From Shigella phage ESh17, in sequence record ON528727: a DNA stretch of 64,000 nucleotides. The stretch is one strand, 5' to 3'. A program made the translations under genes and the position numbers. This document shows positions 1-9,865 of this stretch, in pieces; position 1 is the first letter of the stretch; each line of letters starts with the position of its first letter. Below the pieces are notes generated by a model that was given only the letters and a program-made list of their open reading frames with translations, had not been told where the DNA came from and did not search any database.

Positions 1-225
1 TATAGAGCATTCAAAATGAAATTTGATTTTTATGCATGGCAAAAAGCCGGGAGACCGGCTAGTCGAGCATTTGGTTCTGATGGATATAATATTAGAGCCC
101 ATTGGAAATTTAATGCTCCAGCCGATTATTCTCCGGTAATTATTAACGGCGATGTTGTTATATTAACTAAAATTGGGTATTTTAGCGTTCCGCGAGAATT
201 TATTATAAATAATCATGTAATTTAA
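1..225 (+). CDS. hypothetical protein, possibly 5'-truncated at window edge
   Basis: ORF 16..225 in track; frame stays open back to position 1. Confidence 0.35.
   Translation, partial: YRAFKMKFDFYAWQKAGRPASRAFGSDGYNIRAHWKFNAPADYSPVIINGDVVILTKIGYFSVPREFIINNHVI
204..211 (+). promoter_or_regulatory. T4-type late promoter TATAAATA upstream of soc
   Basis: Exact TATAAATA 31 nt upstream of soc ATG. Confidence 0.5.
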
Positions 226-241
226 ATAAAAGGAGAATTAC

Positions 242-487
242 ATGGCTAGTACTCGCGGTTATGTTAATATCAAAACATTTGAGCAGAAATTAGATGGAAA
301 TAAGAAAATTGAAGGAAAGGAAATTTCCGTAGCTTTCCCTCTTTATTCTGATGTTCACAAAATTTCTGGTGCTCATTACCAGACATTCCCTTCAGAAAAA
401 GCAGCATATTCTACAGTATATGAAGAAAATCAACGTACTGAATGGATTGCTGCAAATGAAGATTTGTGGAAAGTAACTGGTGAATAA
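242..487 (+). CDS. soc: small outer capsid protein Soc
   Basis: 81-aa translation matches remembered T4 Soc; late promoter upstream, terminator downstream. Confidence 0.9.
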   Translation: MASTRGYVNIKTFEQKLDGNKKIEGKEISVAFPLYSDVHKISGAHYQTFPSEKAAYSTVYEENQRTEWIAANEDLWKVTGE

Positions 488-493
488 ATTCAA

Positions 494-518
494 GGACTCC
501 TTCGGGAGTCCTTTTTTT
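494..518 (+). terminator. intrinsic terminator (UUCG-loop hairpin + T7 tract)
   Basis: ggactccttcgggagtcc followed by ttttttt. Confidence 0.75.
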
Positions 519-528
519 CATTTAAATG

Positions 529-559
529 GTTTACTTTCCAAAATGAGTATGGTATAATA
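529..559 (+). promoter_or_regulatory. T4 early-type promoter (GTTTAC -35, TATAAT -10)
   Basis: ggtttac at 528-534, tataat at 554-559. Confidence 0.55.
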
Positions 560-584
560 GAATTATCTTATAGAGGAGAGCACT

Positions 585-791
585 ATGTTAAATCGTTGGA
601 TTAAACCGAATGAAGATTTAGATATTATCATTTCACGGCATGTAATGAAGAAATATGAATTGCAACCATGGTCTACAGAAGTTGTTGTGCATTCATTTAT
701 GATGTACGCAGATGGTTCTGTTGAATTTAATGCAGAGATTCGATATGATTATGGTGAAAAGCAAGTTGAATTCAAAAGAGGCTTTTTGTAA
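585..791 (+). CDS. hypothetical protein (68 aa)
   Basis: ORF track; stop overlaps next start (TAATG). Confidence 0.45.
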   Translation: MLNRWIKPNEDLDIIISRHVMKKYELQPWSTEVVVHSFMMYADGSVEFNAEIRYDYGEKQVEFKRGFL

Positions 792-1132
792 TGTTTATCT
801 TTAATTGGTTTAAAAGTTTCTTTACGGATTTTTTCTCTACAACTCCTGGGGAAGGTGTAGTTCCTATTTCAAATGACTACCTTCCTTTAACTGTAGTTGA
901 GTATGTTTATATGGGAGATGGAACAGTAGAAGCAGTTACTATGACTTATGAAGAAGCCCAAGAATATTATAAAAATCCTTGGCGCTGGTCAACACCTACT
1001 ACATCATCTAACACACAGAATACACAGTCTAGTTCTGATTCATATGATACTAATGTTCCTGTTCATGTATGGGCAGGGGATTCATGTGGAAGTTCTTGTG
1101 ATTCTAGTTGTTCATCTACATCTTGTGATTGA
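791..1132 (+). CDS. hypothetical protein with Cys/Ser-rich C-terminus
   Basis: ORF track; C-terminal [18 protein letters not shown]. Confidence 0.45.
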   Translation: MFIFNWFKSFFTDFFSTTPGEGVVPISNDYLPLTVVEYVYMGDGTVEAVTMTYEEAQEYYKNPWRWSTPTTSSNTQNTQSSSDSYDTNVPVHVWAGDSCGSSCDSSCSSTSCD

Positions 1133-1140
1133 GGAAAATT

Positions 1141-1626
1141 ATGGAAGCAATTTTGTTTGAAATGTCTATCAATAGTATTAGTATGGCCTTTGTCAAGGAT
1201 GTTCCAATTACCGTAGCAGTAATGATTGATAAAAGATATGACAATAACATGTATCTAGTAGAAGATTTTATTTCAATGCCAATTCCAGAAGATGTTGAAA
1301 TAAAACTTAAAAAGATCGGAATTATTGAAACTGTACAAAATTCTCCATTTATGGCAATTCAAGCATTTACTAAATCTAACTATATTGATGTTAGTGAAGC
1401 ATATTATAATAATAAACCATTGTCCTTCTATTCATATGATTCAATATATGATTGGAAAATAGATAAAGGAAATAAATTTATAATTACGGACGAAAGTGCG
1501 CTATCATATTTTATTACCTCTTTATGGAATAATTTAAATCCAAATTTGCTAAAAATTCATAAATTTGACAATGCTCCTACTATTGTTTTAGGTAAAATAA
1601 ATGAAAGCTCTCAAGAAGATTCTTGA
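1141..1626 (+). CDS. hypothetical protein, 161 aa from ATG 1141; size and position fit T4 Mrh
   Basis: ORF track (TTG 1129 / ATG 1141); position between soc and modB. Confidence 0.5.
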   Translation: MEAILFEMSINSISMAFVKDVPITVAVMIDKRYDNNMYLVEDFISMPIPEDVEIKLKKIGIIETVQNSPFMAIQAFTKSNYIDVSEAYYNNKPLSFYSYDSIYDWKIDKGNKFIITDESALSYFITSLWNNLNPNLLKIHKFDNAPTIVLGKINESSQEDS

Positions 1627-1804
1627 ATGGTTCAATAGACCAAACTCAATGTACATTGATGATGGTTGGGTTGAACAAGCAAATAAAGAAATGCAGAACG
1701 AATCGGAAGAATGGATGAAATCAATGATTAGTGCTGAGAAAGAAAAGAAATTAGAACGCTCAGCGCTTAAATTGATGAGAGACATCTATGGGGATAAATC
1801 ATGA
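1601..1804 (+). CDS. hypothetical protein (67 aa)
   Basis: ORF track; overlaps upstream ORF by 26 nt. Confidence 0.4.
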   Translation: MKALKKILEWFNRPNSMYIDDGWVEQANKEMQNESEEWMKSMISAEKEKKLERSALKLMRDIYGDKS

Positions 1805-1965
1805 GCAAAGATATGACGCTGGAAGAGGCTAAAGCAAAAGCAAATGAAGCAATGGATTTGCTTCTTAAAATTGGTAGTAAAATGATGGAAGAAAATGAGA
1901 AATATATCCAGGAAAACAAAATTCCCGACGGTCCATTAGTAGGCAAAAGGAAATCACATGATTGA
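1801..1965 (+). CDS. hypothetical small protein (54 aa)
   Basis: Manual translation [21 protein letters not shown]...; ATGA overlaps with both neighbours. Confidence 0.4.
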   Translation: MSKDMTLEEAKAKANEAMDLLLKIGSKMMEENEKYIQENKIPDGPLVGKRKSHD

Positions 1966-2428
1966 AGTAGCAAAACATTATTCAATAGAATTTATGTCTA
2001 AAGAAGGTAAATCAGTAAATACGCTTGATAAAAACTGCTCATTAATTATTCCTTTAGCAGAAAATCCGGATTTTTTAATTAAAGATATAAAAGAAAGAAA
2101 ATATCCAGAAAATATTATTCTAATTATAAAGCATACTGAAGATATTTTGCAAAATACTGATTCACCGTTTTCTTCTTCCGAAGCTTTAACTATTAAAGGC
2201 TATAAAAGAGCTCATGAATATGGTCTTTTTGACCTGTTTGAAGATGATAAAGTTAAATTAGCGAGTCAACCTTCGAAAAGTAAAACATTCATTATTGAAG
2301 ATATTAAAGATATAAATGCATTTGTTAAGATGGTCTGGGCTCATTTTGACGTTGGATTACGCTGGAGAATGTCCGAAGAAGAAAGAAAGATTGCTGAAGC
2401 TAATCGTCATTTTGGTTTTTATCGCTAG
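1958..2428 (+). CDS. hypothetical protein (156 aa)
   Basis: ORF track; co-oriented early array. Confidence 0.5.
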   Translation: MIEVAKHYSIEFMSKEGKSVNTLDKNCSLIIPLAENPDFLIKDIKERKYPENIILIIKHTEDILQNTDSPFSSSEALTIKGYKRAHEYGLFDLFEDDKVKLASQPSKSKTFIIEDIKDINAFVKMVWAHFDVGLRWRMSEEERKIAEANRHFGFYR

Positions 2429-2436
2429 GAATTAAT

Positions 2437-2619
2437 ATGGATTTATTTGAGATGTTAGAAGATAATCATTCTACGAATATCCAGAATGATTCTAGTGATT
2501 ATAAGAAAGAGTACCGTATAGTATTACAGAATTATGGAATTGAAGCCCCAGATGCTCTTCTAGAAGAACTAGCTTCATACCATCTTGACCCTCCGCCCTG
2601 GGCTCCCTGGGCAAAATAA
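2437..2619 (+). CDS. hypothetical protein (60 aa)
   Basis: ORF track. Confidence 0.4.
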   Translation: MDLFEMLEDNHSTNIQNDSSDYKKEYRIVLQNYGIEAPDALLEELASYHLDPPPWAPWAK

Positions 2620-2630
2620 TTCAAAAAGTT

Positions 2631-2660
2631 GTTTACTTTCCTTTCTAACGATGATATGAT
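2631..2660 (+). promoter_or_regulatory. T4 early-type promoter
   Basis: gtttac 2631-2636, 18-nt spacer, tatgat 2655-2660. Confidence 0.55.
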
Positions 2661-2686
2661 AGCTTCTGAAGTATACGGAGGCTATC

Positions 2687-3310
2687 ATGATTATTAATCT
2701 TGCAGATGTTGAACAGTTATCTATAAAAGCTGAAAGCGTTGATTTTCAATATGATATGTATAAAAAAGTCTGTGAAAAATTTACTGACTTTGAGCAGTCA
2801 ATTCTTTGGCAATGTATGGAAGCCAAAAAGAATGAAGCTCTTCATCAGCAGTTGAATAAAATCGTTAAAAAGCATTTAACTAAATCGCCTTATCAGTTAT
2901 ATCGTGGTATATCAAAATCGACAAAAGAACTTATTAAAGATTTACAAGTTGGAGAAGTGTTTTCAACGAACAGGGTAGATTCATTTACTACTAGTTTATT
3001 CACAGCATGTTCTTTTTCTTATGCTGAATATTTTACTAAAATAATACTTCGCTTAAAAACTGATAAAGCTTTTAATTATTCTGACCATATCAGCGATATT
3101 ATACTTTCTTCTCCTAATACTGAGTTTAAGTACACGTATGAAGATACTGATGGGCTAGATTCAGAGCGTACTGATAACTTAATGATGATTGTGCGTGAAC
3201 AAGAATGGATGATTCCAATTGGAAAGTATAGAATAACTTCTATTTCAAAAGAAAAATTACACGATTCATTTGGAACATTTAAAGTTTATGATATTGAGGT
3301 AGTTGAATGA
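2687..3310 (+). CDS. modB: ADP-ribosyltransferase ModB
   Basis: 207 aa; R (LYRG), S-T-S-like (TTS) and E-x-E (EQEWMIP) motifs; directly upstream of modA. Confidence 0.7.
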   Translation: MIINLADVEQLSIKAESVDFQYDMYKKVCEKFTDFEQSILWQCMEAKKNEALHQQLNKIVKKHLTKSPYQLYRGISKSTKELIKDLQVGEVFSTNRVDSFTTSLFTACSFSYAEYFTKIILRLKTDKAFNYSDHISDIILSSPNTEFKYTYEDTDGLDSERTDNLMMIVREQEWMIPIGKYRITSISKEKLHDSFGTFKVYDIEVVE

Positions 3311-3909
3311 AATACTCAGTAATGCAACTAAAAGATTTTAAAATAAAATCAATGGATGCATCGGTGCGTGCTTCTATTCGTGAAGAATTACTTTCTGAAG
3401 GGTTTAATTTATCTGAAATTGAACTTTTAATTCATTGTATTACCAACAAACCAGATGACCATACTTGGTTAAATGAAATAATCAAATCTCGTTTGGTTCC
3501 AAACGATAAACCTCTTTGGAGAGGTGTTCCAGTCGAGACTAAGCAAGTATTAAATCAAGGAATTGATGTTATTATATTTGATAAAGTAGTATCAGCTTCA
3601 TATGATAAAAATATAGCTCTGCATTTTGCTTCCGGTTTAGAGTATAACACACAAGTTATTTTTGAATTCAAAGCTCCCATGGTATTCAATTTCCAGGAGT
3701 ATGCTATAAAAGCTCTACGCTGTAAAGAATACAATCCAAACTTTAAGTTTCCGGATAGCCATCGTTATCGTAATATGGAATTAGTTTCAGATGAACAAGA
3801 AGTAATGATACCAGCTGGAAGTGTATTTAGAATTGCAGATAGATACGAGTACAAAAAGTATTCAACATACACTATCTATACTCTTGAATTTGAAGGATTT
3901 AATCTATAA
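3307..3909 (+). CDS. modA: ADP-ribosyltransferase ModA
   Basis: 200 aa; translation matches remembered T4 ModA; R-S-EQE motifs. Confidence 0.85.
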   Translation: MKYSVMQLKDFKIKSMDASVRASIREELLSEGFNLSEIELLIHCITNKPDDHTWLNEIIKSRLVPNDKPLWRGVPVETKQVLNQGIDVIIFDKVVSASYDKNIALHFASGLEYNTQVIFEFKAPMVFNFQEYAIKALRCKEYNPNFKFPDSHRYRNMELVSDEQEVMIPAGSVFRIADRYEYKKYSTYTIYTLEFEGFNL

Positions 3910-3966
3910 TGGAAGGACTTAGATTCATTATACCATGAAAGTTTTAAAGCATTTTTACATAAAGTT

Positions 3967-3996
3967 GTTTACAAGTTAAGGTAAAAATGTTATAGT
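3967..3996 (+). promoter_or_regulatory. T4 early-type promoter
   Basis: gtttac 3967-3972, 18-nt spacer, tatagt 3991-3996. Confidence 0.5.
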
Positions 3997-4032
3997 ATAA
4001 GTAGTTAACCGTCCGTAAGATGTGAGAAAAAT

Positions 4033-4779
4033 ATGAAGCTGTCTAATAACCAAATTCGTAAAATTAAACGTCGTCTAGAGCATACTCAGGCATCTGCAAA
4101 AAGACGTTCTAAAGATTTTAACTTAGACTTCAATTACATTAAGAACATTTTAGATCAGAAAGTTTGCGCTTACTCGGGAGAACCTTTTGATAATCGTATT
4201 GAAGGAGAGAAATTATCATTAGAACGTTTTGATAATAACGTTGGATACATTAAAGGGAATGTTATTGCAGTAAAGAAAAAGTATAATACATTTCGTTCTG
4301 ATTATACTTTAGAAGAGTTAATTGAAAAGCGTGATTTATTTGCTTTGCGAATTGGTCGTTCATCTGCGAAAAAAGTTCATAAACTAAATTTAGATGAAAA
4401 GAAATGGGCTAAAATCAAAAAGACTTATAATCAAATTAAAGCTATACAGAAAAAACGTGAAAACCGAATTGAACACATTTCTCAGCTTTCTAAATCAAAA
4501 CAGACCTCTGACATTAAGCTAAGAATTATAGCACTTAAAGCTCGTATTGACGGTTCTCGCATAGCAGAAGGCGCTGAAGTTGTTAAACTGAACGTTCTTC
4601 TTAAAGGTTCGGATTGGAAAATTGTGAAAAAGTTGTCAGAAGCAGAAATGCAATATGATATGTGTGATAAAATTATTCAAGGTGTAGAGCGGTATCAAAA
4701 CTTGTCTTTTATTGATAAACTTAAACTGAAAAGAGGATATCCGCTAAATTGTTCAATTTTTAAACTTATCCGAGGATAA
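4033..4779 (+). CDS. srd: Srd-like protein (248 aa)
   Basis: Size and position between modA and dda as in T4. Confidence 0.5.
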   Translation: MKLSNNQIRKIKRRLEHTQASAKRRSKDFNLDFNYIKNILDQKVCAYSGEPFDNRIEGEKLSLERFDNNVGYIKGNVIAVKKKYNTFRSDYTLEELIEKRDLFALRIGRSSAKKVHKLNLDEKKWAKIKKTYNQIKAIQKKRENRIEHISQLSKSKQTSDIKLRIIALKARIDGSRIAEGAEVVKLNVLLKGSDWKIVKKLSEAEMQYDMCDKIIQGVERYQNLSFIDKLKLKRGYPLNCSIFKLIRG

Positions 4780-4780
4780 T

Positions 4781-5092
4781 ATGGTTTATGTATACGCGAT
4801 AGTTTACCGAGACAAAGACGGATTTACGGCGCCAGTTCCGCTTGATGAACATCGTCCTGCTGTATTTTTTGAATGGAAGATTGCTGATAAAGTATTTACC
4901 ACTCTTAAAGAGCAGTATCAACTAGCTTTAGGTAAGGGAATTCCAAGATTAGTTGAGACTCCACGTAAATTTTGGTTTAATAAAATAGAAGTTAAACATG
5001 TTAAGCCTGACGTAGACACACAAAGATTATATCAGCGAATTTTAGATACTGGGCGTATTGTTAGTATACCAATTGCAGGGAATTTACGATGA
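4781..5092 (+). CDS. hypothetical protein (dda.1 position)
   Basis: ORF track; ATGA overlap with dda. Confidence 0.5.
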   Translation: MVYVYAIVYRDKDGFTAPVPLDEHRPAVFFEWKIADKVFTTLKEQYQLALGKGIPRLVETPRKFWFNKIEVKHVKPDVDTQRLYQRILDTGRIVSIPIAGNLR

Positions 5093-6408
5093 CATTTGAT
5101 GATTTGACCGAAGGCCAGAAAAATGCCTTTAACATCGTTATGAAGGCTATTAAAGAAAAGAAACATCATGTAACTATTAATGGACCTGCTGGTACCGGTA
5201 AGACTACTCTTACCAAATTCATCATTGAAGCTTTAATATCTACGGGTGAAACTGGTATCATTTTGGCAGCTCCTACACATGCAGCTAAAAAGATTCTTTC
5301 AAAACTGTCGGGGAAAGAAGCGAGTACTATTCACAGTATTCTTAAAATTAACCCGGTAACATATGAAGAAAACGTTCTTTTTGAACAGAAGGAAGTACCG
5401 GATTTAGCTAAATGCAGGGTATTAATCTGCGACGAAGTGTCAATGTATGATAGAAAGCTATTCAAAATTCTGCTTTCAACTATCCCGCCGTGGTGTACTA
5501 TAATTGGAATAGGCGATAATAAGCAAATTAGACCTGTTGATCCAGGAGAAAATACTGCTTATATCAGTCCATTCTTTACACACAAAGATTTTTATCAGTG
5601 TGAACTTACTGAAGTTAAACGCAGTAATGCTCCTATTATTGATGTAGCTACTGATGTTCGCAACGGTAAGTGGATTTATGATAAAGTTGTTGACGGGCAT
5701 GGAGTACGTGGATTTACTGGTGATACCGCTTTACGCGATTTTATGGTAAATTATTTTTCAATCGTAAAATCATTAGATGATTTGTTTGAAAATCGCGTAA
5801 TGGCATTTACGAATAAATCTGTTGACAAGTTAAATAGCATTATTCGCAAAAAGATTTTTGAAACTGATAAAGATTTTATTGTCGGTGAAATTATTGTAAT
5901 GCAGGAACCATTAATTAAAACATATAAAATTGATGGAAAGCCTGTGTCAGAAATTATTTTTAATAACGGACAATTAGTTCGTATTATAGAAGCAGAGTAT
6001 ACATCAACCTTTGTTAAAGCTCGTGGTGTTTCTGGAGAATACTTAATTCGTCATTGGGATTTAACAGTAGAAACTTACGGCGATGATGAATATTATCGTG
6101 AAAAGATTAAAATAATTTCATCTGATGAAGAGCTATATAAGTTTAACCTATTTTTAGGTAAAACGGCAGAAACTTATAAAAATTGGAACAAAGGCGGAAA
6201 AGCTCCATGGAGTGATTTTTGGGATGCTAAATCACAGTTCAGTAAAGTGAAAGCACTTCCTGCATCAACATTCCATAAAGCTCAGGGTATGTCTGTAGAC
6301 CGTGCTTTCATTTATACGCCTTGTATTCATTATGCAGATGCTGAATTGGCCCAACAACTTCTTTATGTTGGTGTTACCCGTGGTCGTTATGATGTATTTT
6401 ATGTATGA
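5089..6408 (+). CDS. dda: Dda DNA helicase (SF1B)
   Basis: 439 aa; Walker A GPAGTGKT; matches remembered T4 Dda. Confidence 0.95.
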   Translation: MTFDDLTEGQKNAFNIVMKAIKEKKHHVTINGPAGTGKTTLTKFIIEALISTGETGIILAAPTHAAKKILSKLSGKEASTIHSILKINPVTYEENVLFEQKEVPDLAKCRVLICDEVSMYDRKLFKILLSTIPPWCTIIGIGDNKQIRPVDPGENTAYISPFFTHKDFYQCELTEVKRSNAPIIDVATDVRNGKWIYDKVVDGHGVRGFTGDTALRDFMVNYFSIVKSLDDLFENRVMAFTNKSVDKLNSIIRKKIFETDKDFIVGEIIVMQEPLIKTYKIDGKPVSEIIFNNGQLVRIIEAEYTSTFVKARGVSGEYLIRHWDLTVETYGDDEYYREKIKIISSDEELYKFNLFLGKTAETYKNWNKGGKAPWSDFWDAKSQFSKVKALPASTFHKAQGMSVDRAFIYTPCIHYADAELAQQLLYVGVTRGRYDVFYV

Positions 6409-6414
6409 TTAAAT

Positions 6415-6675
6415 TTGAGGAAGCTATTCGTGGAAATAACTAAAGACCAGTTTTATCTGCTTCAAGATAAAGTTAGCGAAATTTATGAATTAGCTTATAG
6501 TAAAAATCGTAGAAATGTAAAAATTGAATCTGGAAAGTTAATGCTTCAATTAGAAGAAATTGAACGAGATTTAATTGCGTTAGAATTCTTTTGTGGCGAA
6601 GTGAAAACTGTTACAATCAGTGATTATGTTTTAGGTGAAATTAGCCATCTTTATAAGGCGGTTATTAATGATTGA
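6415..6675 (+). CDS. hypothetical protein; non-ATG start (TTG 6415 or GTG 6430)
   Basis: ORF track; paralogous to next ORF. Confidence 0.4.
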   Translation: MRKLFVEITKDQFYLLQDKVSEIYELAYSKNRRNVKIESGKLMLQLEEIERDLIALEFFCGEVKTVTISDYVLGEISHLYKAVIND

Positions 6676-6910
6676 ATTAAGTTTGCATCAGTTTAAATCT
6701 CTTATGACAAATGTTAAAGCTGTCATTGAGGAAAATTCTAGTCCTGAAAATATTACTATTCGCGAAAAAGCTTTAAAGATAGTATACAGTCTTGAAGAGA
6801 TACAAAAAGATATTGAATCTATGGCAAAATTTATTGATGAGCCTATTAATAAAGTTTATATCCAAGATTATACTGTAGGTCAAATTCGCGATTTAGCAAG
6901 GAAAATTTAA
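6668..6910 (+). CDS. hypothetical protein (80 aa from ATG 6668)
   Basis: ORF track (6635) trimmed to ATG overlapping upstream stop; paralog of preceding ORF. Confidence 0.4.
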   Translation: MIELSLHQFKSLMTNVKAVIEENSSPENITIREKALKIVYSLEEIQKDIESMAKFIDEPINKVYIQDYTVGQIRDLARKI

Positions 6911-7593
6911 TGTTTGATTTTATTATAGATTTTGAAACAATGGGAAGCGGTGAAAAAGCAGCTGTTATTGATTTGGCTGTAATTGCTTTTGACCCTAACC
7001 CAGAAGTTGTTGAAACATTCGATGAACTAGTTTCACGTGGGATTAAAATTAAATTTGACTTAAAAAGTCAAAAAGGACATCGTCTTTTTACTAAAAGTAC
7101 TATCGAATGGTGGAAGAATCAATCTCCTGAAGCTCGAAAAAATATTGCACCGTCCGATGAAGATGTAAGCACTATCGACGGTATTGCGAAATTTAATGAT
7201 TACATCAATGCACATAATATCGATCCTTGGAAATCTCAAGGCTGGTGCCGTGGAATGTCGTTTGATTTTCCAATTTTAGTCGATCTCATTCGTGATGTTC
7301 AACGTCTTAATGGTGTTTCTGAGAATGAACTTGATACGTTTAAGTTAGAACCTTGTAAATTCTGGAATCAGCGTGATATTCGTACTAGAATTGAAGCACT
7401 TCTGCTTGTTCGTGATATGACCACGTGCCCTCTTCCAAAGGGAACTTTAGATGGATTCGTTGCACATGATTCTATTCATGACTGTGCGAAAGACATCCTG
7501 ATGATGAAGTATGCTTTGCGGTATGCTATGGGTCTTGAAGACGCTCCATCAGAGGAAGAATGCGATCCTCTATCTTTTCCAACAAAACGATAA
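6910..7593 (+). CDS. dexA: exonuclease A (DexA)
   Basis: 227 aa; size, position and N-terminus as remembered for T4 DexA. Confidence 0.85.
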   Translation: MFDFIIDFETMGSGEKAAVIDLAVIAFDPNPEVVETFDELVSRGIKIKFDLKSQKGHRLFTKSTIEWWKNQSPEARKNIAPSDEDVSTIDGIAKFNDYINAHNIDPWKSQGWCRGMSFDFPILVDLIRDVQRLNGVSENELDTFKLEPCKFWNQRDIRTRIEALLLVRDMTTCPLPKGTLDGFVAHDSIHDCAKDILMMKYALRYAMGLEDAPSEEECDPLSFPTKR

Positions 7594-7598
7594 AAGTT

Positions 7599-7628
7599 GT
7601 TTACTTCCTCGGTTAGTTATGGTATTAT
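7599..7628 (+). promoter_or_regulatory. T4 early-type promoter
   Basis: gtttac 7599-7604, 18-nt spacer, tattat 7623-7628. Confidence 0.55.
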
Positions 7629-7655
7629 AACACCATAGCTACTGAGGATAATAAA

Positions 7656-8159
7656 ATGAAAATTTATCGTGTTGAATCATCTTTTAGTATTCTTAATAAT
7701 GAAGATGCTATAACAATACGTCGAAATCTTTGTGTTCAAATAACGCCATACAGGAGTATAATAGATTCATGGAGAGAAGAATGGTTATTACACGTAGGTT
7801 ATGACAGACCTAATTTTATGCATCATAGTAATGATAATAAAAGAATTCCTCTTCCGCACGAAGACAAACTATTAGTTAAAAATGCTAATATAGCAATTAA
7901 TACTAATTTTGAGAAAGAAGAATATGTAGGCGTAGATCACTATATTCCAGGATGGTTTATAGCTCTTTATCATTTTGCTTTCGCTAGCGAATATGATATG
8001 ATGAGATGGTTCACACGAGAAGAGCGCGAAGAATTATCTTCTAAAGGATTTTATCTCGCTGTATACGAAGTTCCTGAAGATGAAGTTATCATTGGTGGGC
8101 ACCAAGTAATGTTCCGCAAATCGCATGCTGAACTCGTAGATTTTATTGAAATGAGATAA
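7656..8159 (+). CDS. hypothetical protein (167 aa)
   Basis: ORF track; preceded by early promoter. Confidence 0.5.
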   Translation: MKIYRVESSFSILNNEDAITIRRNLCVQITPYRSIIDSWREEWLLHVGYDRPNFMHHSNDNKRIPLPHEDKLLVKNANIAINTNFEKEEYVGVDHYIPGWFIALYHFAFASEYDMMRWFTREEREELSSKGFYLAVYEVPEDEVIIGGHQVMFRKSHAELVDFIEMR

Positions 8160-8161
8160 TT

Positions 8162-8701
8162 ATGAAATTTAATTATAATCCTGAATACGCACCAAATCCG
8201 GTAGCTAAGCTGATTGATTTTGATGTTGTAAGCACTTATGTATGCCCTGTTAAACCACTGGAAATTAAGGAAACTACTATGACTACCGCTATTGAAATCG
8301 GCAAAACCTACAAACTGGTTGAACCTGAAATTAAAACTACTGAACTAAATATAGGTTATAAAGAACTGACTAGTGTTTTTGGTGAAGGCGAGTTTGTGGT
8401 TAAAAGTTTTTCAAAAAGTAATTGGTATGATAAGAATAAAGCTTACGTGATTCGAGCACATCGCTTAGATAATGATGAAGTAATTAAAACTATGGCCTTT
8501 GAAGCAGAGCTTATCCTCTTCAAAGAAGTTGATCCTACTGACCTTTTGACTCATGCGGTAGCTATTAAGACCCCATTTATTTCGGTCTGTGGTTGGGTAA
8601 CAGACCAATGGATTGAAGATGGTGTTGAACTTCTGAACGTTGTTCATGCAGGTGATTTTAGCGTAGTACCTCGTAGTGCAGTGGTAGCTATTTTGAATTA
8701 A
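8162..8701 (+). CDS. hypothetical protein (179 aa), paralog of 8778..9269
   Basis: Shared C-terminal block ...TDQWIEDGVELLNVVHAGDF... Confidence 0.5.
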   Translation: MKFNYNPEYAPNPVAKLIDFDVVSTYVCPVKPLEIKETTMTTAIEIGKTYKLVEPEIKTTELNIGYKELTSVFGEGEFVVKSFSKSNWYDKNKAYVIRAHRLDNDEVIKTMAFEAELILFKEVDPTDLLTHAVAIKTPFISVCGWVTDQWIEDGVELLNVVHAGDFSVVPRSAVVAILN

Positions 8702-8703
8702 TA

Positions 8704-8733
8704 GTTTACAAACTCTTGGGACCAGAGTATAAT
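8704..8733 (+). promoter_or_regulatory. T4 early-type promoter with -10 inside a hairpin
   Basis: gtttac 8704-8709, tataat 8728-8733, flanking inverted repeat gggacca/tggtccc. Confidence 0.55.
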
Positions 8734-8777
8734 GGTCCCGTGGAGTATAAAATCTTTTTAACAAGTGAGAGATAACT

Positions 8778-9269
8778 ATGATTATTAATATTGGTGAATT
8801 AGCTCGTGTATCTGATAAATCCCGTTCTAAAGCAGCAGGAAAATTGGTTGAAGTTGTAAGCATTCAGCTTAAACACGGCGTTAAAGATGAAGATTCTGAA
8901 GTAAAAGTGCGTATCATTCCTAAAGATGGAAAGTCTAAACCCCAGTTTGGCTATGTTCGTGCGAAATTTCTTGAGTCTGCGTTTTTAAAAGCTGTTCCTG
9001 CTAAAGGAATTGAAACGATTGATACTTCGCATGTAGGTGTAGACTTTAAGTGGAAACTCGGTCAAGCTATCAAGTTCGTTGCTCCTTATGAGTTTGAATT
9101 TACTGAAGGTGAGGAAGGTGTTGTTAACCGTACTCGCGCTATGTGTGCATACATTACCGATCAATGGGTAGAAGACGGTGTTAAGCTGTACAACGCGGTA
9201 TTTTTAGGAACATATAAAGTCATTCCTGAAAGTTGGATTAAACACTATAGCAAAGCTCGCTATGCATAA
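8778..9269 (+). CDS. MotB-like protein (163 aa)
   Basis: Size and position relative to dexA and cef; paralog of upstream ORF. Confidence 0.45.
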   Translation: MIINIGELARVSDKSRSKAAGKLVEVVSIQLKHGVKDEDSEVKVRIIPKDGKSKPQFGYVRAKFLESAFLKAVPAKGIETIDTSHVGVDFKWKLGQAIKFVAPYEFEFTEGEEGVVNRTRAMCAYITDQWVEDGVKLYNAVFLGTYKVIPESWIKHYSKARYA

Positions 9270-9294
9270 AGTTTAAAATTTTTTCATAAAACTA

Positions 9295-9342
9295 TATACA
9301 TCAGTAGTTGATTATGGTACTATATCAATATCAACTACTGAT
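9295..9342 (+). promoter_or_regulatory. promoter-like element with perfect 13-bp inverted repeat around -10
   Basis: atcagtagttgat (9300-9312) / atcaactactgat (9330-9342) flank tggtactata. Confidence 0.45.
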
Positions 9343-9366
9343 ACAGAAAACAACTTGGAGAATAAA

Positions 9367-9636
9367 ATGGAAAACTTAATTATCATCGAGCAATCTTTCA
9401 ATGATTATGGTATGGCTTACGGTTATCGTGCGATAATGGAAGATTCTCGTGGATGTGTTATCGATATTGCTGAATGCAAAGATTTACTGCAGCTTTTGAA
9501 GATTGTTCGTAAAAATTGGGATTGTGAAAACATTAAAGCTCGTGTTGTAACGGAAGAAGAAACTGTTTTTCATGATGTAAAATTCGCCAAAGGTGCTGCT
9601 ACTCTTCTGAAACGCATCGCTCCACTGTTTAATTAA
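9367..9636 (+). CDS. hypothetical protein (89 aa from ATG)
   Basis: ORF track (TTG 9355) trimmed to ATG 9367. Confidence 0.45.
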   Translation: MENLIIIEQSFNDYGMAYGYRAIMEDSRGCVIDIAECKDLLQLLKIVRKNWDCENIKARVVTEEETVFHDVKFAKGAATLLKRIAPLFN

Positions 9637-9649
9637 TGAGGAAATTGTA

Positions 9650-9865
9650 ATGAAACGTAAAATTGTTCAGAAATGCACTAATGACGAATTTGAAGATGTA
9701 TTATTCGATCCAGATTTGGTAGTAGTTCAAAAGGAACACACCATCAAGTTTACTCACTTGACTTCGGTTTATGTGTATGAAAAGGTTGGTGATAAACAAC
9801 CGATTTATGGTGTATTCCGTGAAATCACTGAAGACGGTACAACTTACTGGAAGGAAATTTATTAA
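9650..9865 (+). CDS. Cef-like protein (71 aa)
   Basis: Size and position as T4 cef; sequence not verified. Confidence 0.4.
   Translation: MKRKIVQKCTNDEFEDVLFDPDLVVVQKEHTIKFTHLTSVYVYEKVGDKQPIYGVFREITEDGTTYWKEIY

Noticed and set aside
8465-8863. 132-aa minus-strand ORF
   Set aside because: Lies antisense within two co-oriented plus-strand genes and their promoter; no start context; typical spurious antisense ORF.
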